A stretch of 56,663 bases of DNA, counting the filler, from Platydemus manokwari (lineage: Eukaryota), in the NCBI GenBank assembly GCA_037951405.1. It is 3 parts of 3 records of this genome, joined end to end, with 100 filler letters (N's around TTAATTAATTAA, not from the genome) between each part and the next. Parts side by side here need not be neighbours in the genome. Positions count along the whole stretch, not along the records: positions 46,636 to 56,663 come from JBBMOY011177655.1; 2 more parts are not named here. One strand, written 5' to 3'. A program made the translations under genes and the position numbers. Below, piece by piece: positions 50,271 through 56,663 of this stretch (position 1 is the first letter of the stretch; each line of letters begins with the position of its first letter). The notes under the pieces were generated by a model. It was not told where the DNA came from. It ran no database searches and saw only the letters and a program-made list of their open reading frames with translations.

Positions 50271-51006
50271 TAGAAATGCGAATTTGAAGTATTTGTAAGG
50301 GATTTGAGAAAATATGCATGAAAACAATGAAAACAATTAACTGTATTTCTCGATCAATTTGTTTTAAAATTTTTTATGAGCGTATAATGTAAAAACAAAT
50401 CGTATTGTATTGTAGACAGAAATTTTTATTTTTCAAGAATTTTTACCGGTTATAGTTATTGATATCAACAACAACAGCAACAACAATAATAATAACAATT
50501 TTTAGTCATGCAACTGTTGTATGAAGTTAATGAATATTATTGCTAATAATTATAATCAAATGTTGTAAAAAATATTATAATGTAAGAACCATGTTCTGCT
50601 GTTAAGTGATTAGATTTAGAAATAGTTAGCTAGACTTTAAGTGGCTATTAATTCAAACAAATACCAATGTTTAAAACAATGAATACAAATGAGTTTTAAT
50701 AAATTTCATTAGGATAAGTTTTATTCTCCTCTGAAAATCCCGATTTATCATTGGATCTACAATACAACACATCTCTTATTTAATTGTCTCTGTTTGATGT
50801 CCACAATTTTATTCATAAAATATAGTATCGATATTATATTGATTTAAAAATCGAATTTCTCTAAACATTTCCGTAATAAATTTTAAAGGAAATTTCCGAA
50901 ATTTAAAAAATCTATTATACAACTATTATTACACGATCAATACAATTATAAATACTTGAACAACTATTACAGTTGTTATTATTATTGCTACTTAACATCA
51001 TTTAAA

Positions 51007-52110
51007 ATGGGAAATATAAATATTCATGAAAAATCAAACAAACAAAAACATCACAATATTGTGATAACGCGACCAATATATCAGAGACAGAATGTCTACA
51101 ATATTCCAATATCTAAGTCTAATAATTCGGATAAATTATTGGAATGGAAACAATCAAAAGAAACGATCAATAGCAACTATTCACGAATGAATAGTCATTC
51201 TCACGAAATTACCAATCAAATCAACAATCCAAAAGTTAAAAGATCTTATTTTAGAATTCGAAACTCATATGAGAATCCAATTAAAATCAATAAAGAAAGC
51301 TGTAAATATAATTCTGCCAGTTTTGATGATGACATTGTAAAGAGAATTGGGAAACTTGCAACTGAAAGAATTGAAAAAATAAGATTAGAAAATCACGACA
51401 CATTCTCTCAAATGACAACGAAAAATCTCGATAGAAAGACTGTTAGAACAAATAAAAATCCAAAACAAAATAATGAAAATAACAAAGAAAAAGAAACAAT
51501 GAATTCAGTTAAAGAAGTTGATGATAAAGAAGATGAAACGAAATTCAATAAAAAGCCTCATTATGCTATAGAATTACAAAATATTTTAAATGATTTTAAA
51601 GGTCAATCTGATTTAAATAATAATTATCTACATAATAATAATATCCAAGAAAATAATTCGTGTTTCTCATCAAATCCCATCTCTATTAAAAAGATTCCAA
51701 TCAAAATTAATAACAAACTATCATCACAAGATCGAGATTACAATGAATATCAAATTGATGAAATGTTAAGCTCAGATTCAGATGAGGAATCATCATGGAC
51801 GAGTGATGATAATTACATTTCGAATGAAACTGAATTAGAAGACGAGGATGATTGTGACAGTATTGACATTTTGATGTCATTAAAGAGATTGAATGACAAT
51901 TATTCAATTTGCGATGATTTCGATTCAGATGATTCAGACATCAATGAACTTTCCGATCTTAGATATGAGGAATCTCAAAATGAAAGAAAGCATTCAAGGC
52001 GCTTCAGAAATAGTAGAGAAATTGAAAGAAAACCTAAAGGATATTATTTGCCACCAATGGGAAGATTTATGAGAACAAGATTATTGTCAGATATTTCTGA
52101 AGAAATCTGA
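51007..52110 (+). CDS. Uncharacterised intronless, N/K/D/E-rich, probably disordered protein (367 aa from MGNINI)
   Basis: Open frame of 1.1 kb in AT-rich DNA; AAAATGG start context; acidic tract; C-terminal LSDISEE. Confidence 0.7.
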   Translation: MGNINIHEKSNKQKHHNIVITRPIYQRQNVYNIPISKSNNSDKLLEWKQSKETINSNYSRMNSHSHEITNQINNPKVKRSYFRIRNSYENPIKINKESCKYNSASFDDDIVKRIGKLATERIEKIRLENHDTFSQMTTKNLDRKTVRTNKNPKQNNENNKEKETMNSVKEVDDKEDETKFNKKPHYAIELQNILNDFKGQSDLNNNYLHNNNIQENNSCFSSNPISIKKIPIKINNKLSSQDRDYNEYQIDEMLSSDSDEESSWTSDDNYISNETELEDEDDCDSIDILMSLKRLNDNYSICDDFDSDDSDINELSDLRYEESQNERKHSRRFRNSREIERKPKGYYLPPMGRFMRTRLLSDISEEI

Positions 52111-53434
52111 TAGATAACAAGAGGAGATATTTGATGAAGAATTAATTTAACAAGGAATAATCATAAAGATAATGAAATATCAATGAAAATAATTCTGAAA
52201 GATTAATAAACGAATCCTTTATGTGATCATAATATTTAGACAACAAGGATAAGGATTACAAGGAAGAATTGAGACTCATTAATTGTTTTTAAAATGAAAT
52301 AAATTATTTGATTACAATTTTTTGTTTATTATTCTAGATGTTGAGGCATTTGATAATAATTATTTGATTTGTTAATGTTAGTTTTATAAATGATATTGTT
52401 TTGAAATATATTTGAAATAATATAATTTTTCCCTTCTCTATACATTGAGAAACAGTGGATTCAGTTTAATAGATATAAAAATATTTAGAGTATCCTTTGC
52501 TTCGTCGTATGGTTTTACAATTGAATTGGTGATAAATGAGTTTCTTAATCGCTCTTAGGTTAGTAGAGTTTCATTATTATGGTATAAAAATATTAAATTA
52601 ACTTATACTATTTATAATTAAGAATCTCGTCTTAAACCTATGGAGTAAAATTCTAGTACTACAATAAATAAATACTAGTAAATAAATGTTACGATAAATA
52701 CTACAAATAATTTCTCAAAGACATCTTAATCAGCTATTTATGGATTGGCAAACCATTACCCAGTGTCCGAATTTTTTTTACAATGACCTCTTGAAAGTTA
52801 TTCGATGGAGTTGCTTTGTGAATGTCTGTTATAATTCTTGGTCGTTGAAAGAGCACTAGTTGTTGCATGACACTGATTTTGATGAAGCTTGCTAAGAAAA
52901 AGTGGAATTTAACTACAGTTCGGGACTGGAAAATCATACGTTAATGTTATGATTTAGAATTTTCTTTGTTACATAGCCGGCTTTTCATTATTAATGTCAT
53001 GAAATTCATCCTTGATTGATTTTACTAAATTCAGAAACCATTATTTTATTGTGATGTAGCAATTATCTAGCCAAATGAAATTAAATCCAATTTATTTAAG
53101 AGACAAAATGAAAACAGAGCACAGAAGCAATTGGTGACACTGAATAGTTAAAAATTTAAACAGTACTATATAGAATTAGTAAACAGCATTTCGAATAAAA
53201 ATGCCTCCATATTTAATGGCTTATATAAAATAAAAGTCTTTAATAAATGATTAAATGGGTCAAAAATATATGTAAATAGGTATGCTGGATAATTGGTTTT
53301 GTGGGAAAGTTAAAATTCTAAATTCTTAAATGTAAGTTGGTATCTCTGTAAAGGAAGTTATTCGATGATTGGCATCTACTAATCTAAGAGTCAATATAAA
53401 AAATAAGCAAACTTCTCAGTATATATATTCATCA

Positions 53435-55123
53435 TTAGGTTTTCAATAAGTTCTTGAAAATTCTTCTTGTCATGTTTGTTTTGTTATTTTTTAAATCAAT
53501 TTTCACTTTATAGGTGAAAATATACAATTGATCATTTTCATAAACTGGGCTCGTGTCCACAACTGTGTATTTACAACTGTTTACTCGGTTGGGATCCATC
53601 GATATTTCTATTGTTCCATCTTCGGATTTCAGAATCTTTTCTTCATTACCTTTTCTCGAATCACCTTCAAAGAGAAGTTTCTTGATCAGTGTCAATATCA
53701 AGTATGAGTCTAGATTGTTATCTTCTGTGCTATTTTTCTTTGCATACTTTATGAGTTTTTTCTTGAAAATTTTTAGCGTATTCAGCGATTCAAGTATTTC
53801 CGATAGGGAAGATTCATCACAAATTCTGTCCTTTTGAATTTCTTTTCTAGGCTCAATGGTTAAATTATTATTCCTTGTTGTAAAGTCCCTATTTCTATGA
53901 GCTTCTTTATCATGATTATTGTCATCTGACAAATCCTTTTTTAATTGATTGCGAGTTGGTTGATTCTTTGTATAAATTTTTGGAGATTTTATATCGACGG
54001 ATTCGGAATTTAAATTATCTGAATACTCGATTGGTTTGTAATTTAATTTATTCAGTCGTTTTCTTGGTAGGCCTCCTTCAGTCTCGTTAGGAGAATATAA
54101 ATCATCAGATTTCTTTTGATTCAATTGAAGATCATTTCTTTGATTGACTCTTTTGTTCGTGGAAGATTCTATTGTTTGATATTCCATTTTCTTGTTTTTA
54201 ACAGTGGTTTTATCTTCTTTTATTTTCCTGTGTTTTTCTTGGTCGACATTTTTCTTTGTCAAGGATCTCACACTTGTATAATCACAATCAGAAACATTTT
54301 CCTTCTTTTTATTATGCTTTTTAACAGTCTCCTTATTTAATGTTGGAAAAAGATTTTCATCGCCGCATAAATTGTTGTCAATACAATTTCTTTGAATAAT
54401 ACTTGTTTCTGTTATTGATTCGCTAGTAATTATGGATGCATTTTGATGTTCCAATTCTATATCTAAATTATCAAAACGTTCTGTTATTTGATTGGTTACA
54501 GATTCTTTCAATTTTCCATTCAACTTTTTATTGTTTTCTTGCTGACTGGCTTGATTTAATAGAAAATCTTCCAATTCATTCTTCTGTAAATTTTTTGGAG
54601 TTACTTTGGGTATTTTAGGAGTACCTTTGTTCCTCGATGTCAGTTTTACATGTTCTGTTTGATTTCTATTGGAAGAATATTTATTTGTTTTGCCATTTCC
54701 ATTTTTCGGTTTCTCTTTTATTTCATCTAGTTTATTAATATTTTGCCGAGGTTTTAAAATTTCCATACTTGAATGTCGTCGAATTGGATTCAAGTTCGAC
54801 TTTCTTTCATAAATTTCATCGTTACATGGAAGATCGTAATTATCGTATTGTTTCTCAATTCGTGTATTATGAGTTGTGTTTTTGTTTTGAATTTCTGATA
54901 AATTGTCAGTATATCTTGTTTTCATTTTTTGTTTGCCTAACTGAGTTTGTCGTCTTAATTGGCAATCGTCTGAGCTTCGATATTCATCATCAGTTACATG
55001 ACAATTTTCGTTATTTCCTCTTATCTGGTTTAATTGGTTTAATTTTTCGATTTTTTTGGAATTTAATTTCATTTCTTTACGCTTAACGAATTTTGGTGCA
55101 AATATTTTCACAAAAAACATCAT
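53435..55123 (-). CDS. Uncharacterised intronless K/N-rich protein (562 aa), disordered with a more globular C-terminal ~110 aa
   Basis: Uninterrupted 1.7-kb ORF; no recognisable domain. Confidence 0.75.
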   Translation of the reverse strand: MMFFVKIFAPKFVKRKEMKLNSKKIEKLNQLNQIRGNNENCHVTDDEYRSSDDCQLRRQTQLGKQKMKTRYTDNLSEIQNKNTTHNTRIEKQYDNYDLPCNDEIYERKSNLNPIRRHSSMEILKPRQNINKLDEIKEKPKNGNGKTNKYSSNRNQTEHVKLTSRNKGTPKIPKVTPKNLQKNELEDFLLNQASQQENNKKLNGKLKESVTNQITERFDNLDIELEHQNASIITSESITETSIIQRNCIDNNLCGDENLFPTLNKETVKKHNKKKENVSDCDYTSVRSLTKKNVDQEKHRKIKEDKTTVKNKKMEYQTIESSTNKRVNQRNDLQLNQKKSDDLYSPNETEGGLPRKRLNKLNYKPIEYSDNLNSESVDIKSPKIYTKNQPTRNQLKKDLSDDNNHDKEAHRNRDFTTRNNNLTIEPRKEIQKDRICDESSLSEILESLNTLKIFKKKLIKYAKKNSTEDNNLDSYLILTLIKKLLFEGDSRKGNEEKILKSEDGTIEISMDPNRVNSCKYTVVDTSPVYENDQLYIFTYKVKIDLKNNKTNMTRRIFKNLLKT

Positions 55124-56663
55124 TAAATTAATTCAAAAACGATCTTCCTATTTATATAATAGATAACCCAATCAAAATGATGTAAAATAAGGAAACATTA
55201 TTATTTCTTTTATTTATTAAATTAAATAGGTATTTCATAATATTTTTCCTCTTAACTATCCAAGTTAAAATTTAAAAAATAAACCTCTTGTATCGAATAA
55301 CTAATACCAATTTCTAATTTATTTTAATATCAAAAATAATTAAATTTATTTTGAAAAAACATCATTAAGTGGTGTATTTTGTATTTCACCATCACTGAAA
55401 TCTAAGGAAATATCTAAATTAAATATTTTATGGCTACAGGAAGGTTTTTTATTACAAATTTTAACATATGAGGATTTTTATGGAAATGAATATGCCATCT
55501 GATTATAATATTAACTTATTGACTGTGAAGAGTAAGTTGGTTAATATTTTAATCAATACATAAATTTTAAGATCATCATTGAAATTTGAACAATTTTTTC
55601 AAGTCAGACAAAAAATCGAATATTAAAATTTAAATTCAAAAACATGAAATAGTTATTTTTACTCTCAGATGTTTAATTATTGTGTTTAAAATTTATCCTA
55701 AAATTCTGATCTCGTAAATCAGTTAGACAATCTTCAGAGTAGTAAGCTCTTATATAATTTACATTCAATATTGCAGGCTAATTTTTATTTTGTTAGAAAT
55801 TTACAATTCTCTCAAAATATAATGTTTACTTAATCGTTTTCTTATTTTTTTATATTAAAAACTCTATTAAATTTAGCTATATTGGTTGTGTGTACTCTTA
55901 TGCGATAATTAATATCTCGAATTTTTGTTATTGTTCGTCTAGTATGAATAGTTTACTTTTGCGTTGATGATAACAATAATATGTTAAAGTTGATAAATAT
56001 GTTGTTTTGAGCGTCGATGCTTACTTTATTTCAATTTTATTTCAATGGCTTTATAACAATAAATTTAGTATTACTGCTCTAATATTATGTTGTCTAATCG
56101 GCTTTGGAAGTTCTAATTTAAATCCCGATGTAGCAATCTGAACCTAAATTAATAAACCTCTTTCTCCGCTTCGATGGTTCTGTTGCTTTATTACAATAGG
56201 CAGAGTGGCAAGATAATGTTTTAACTTTAATTTTTTGACTTATTCGGTAAATTAATTTTACTTCATTCCAAGTTAAATGATATCACAATTTTTATAAGTC
56301 TTTTTCTTTTACTTTAAAATGCAACAGATCAGCATAATCTTTAAAATAAAAAGTGATGATAATGATACTGAGTTCACTAGGTATTCAAATGATGTGATTA
56401 CTTTGTATTTGTTGTGATTTGCACAGAACAGAGAGGGGTAAAATTAGAAATTTGATAATTGTTTAAGTCACCTGTTGAATCGAAGTTTGATTTAATTATT
56501 TATTAAGTAGATAAAATACAAAGACAATAACTATTACACATACTTGGGTAATTTTGTTTCATTTTTCAACATTTGATTATTTATCACTATATAGGGTTTT
56601 TTAAGTTTTAAAATAAATTTTGCACAATTTAAGATAATTATTTACATGAATAAGAGAATTGTT

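Noticed and set aside
50956-51006. TTG-initiated N-terminal extension from the ORF track
   Set aside because: Eukaryotic gene; the first ATG in good context is at 51007
53553-55086. Plus-strand ORFs opposite the 562-aa ORF
   Set aside because: Antisense shadows caused by codon bias

Overview
A very AT-rich eukaryotic genomic window with short (about 45-90 nt) GT-AG introns. It is most consistent with a free-living flatworm (triclad planarian); this is inferred from composition, intron size and a flatworm-type GluCl. Two 100-nt artificial joins (44 N + TTAATTAATTAA + 44 N) split it into three contigs. Host genes reconstructed by hand: a 9-exon AMPK gamma subunit (+), INO80B/Ies2 (-), an intronless Cys-loop anion channel of GluCl/GlyR type (+), a short SAXO-like ORF (-), a leishmanolysin/invadolysin interrupted by the first gap (-), a caveolin (-), MICOS MIC26/27 (-), and two intronless low-complexity ORFs. 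Intergenic DNA holds decayed hAT, Chapaev-like and Tc1/pogo elements, MITEs, candidate solo LTRs and minisatellites. The most notable signal is a set of long, intronless, decayed reading frames. Two of them (about 750-3300 on -, about 37300-39500 on +) retain remnants resembling segmented negative-strand RNA virus (Bunyavirales-like) L-polymerase motifs in the correct order, and a third (about 29000-30070, -) may be related. These are candidate endogenous viral elements (EVEs), one apparently nested in a hAT transposon. An LTR-like promoter built from about nine abutting palindromes, with the TATA box in the last hairpin, is also unusual. All homology calls were made by eye and need HMM/BLAST confirmation.
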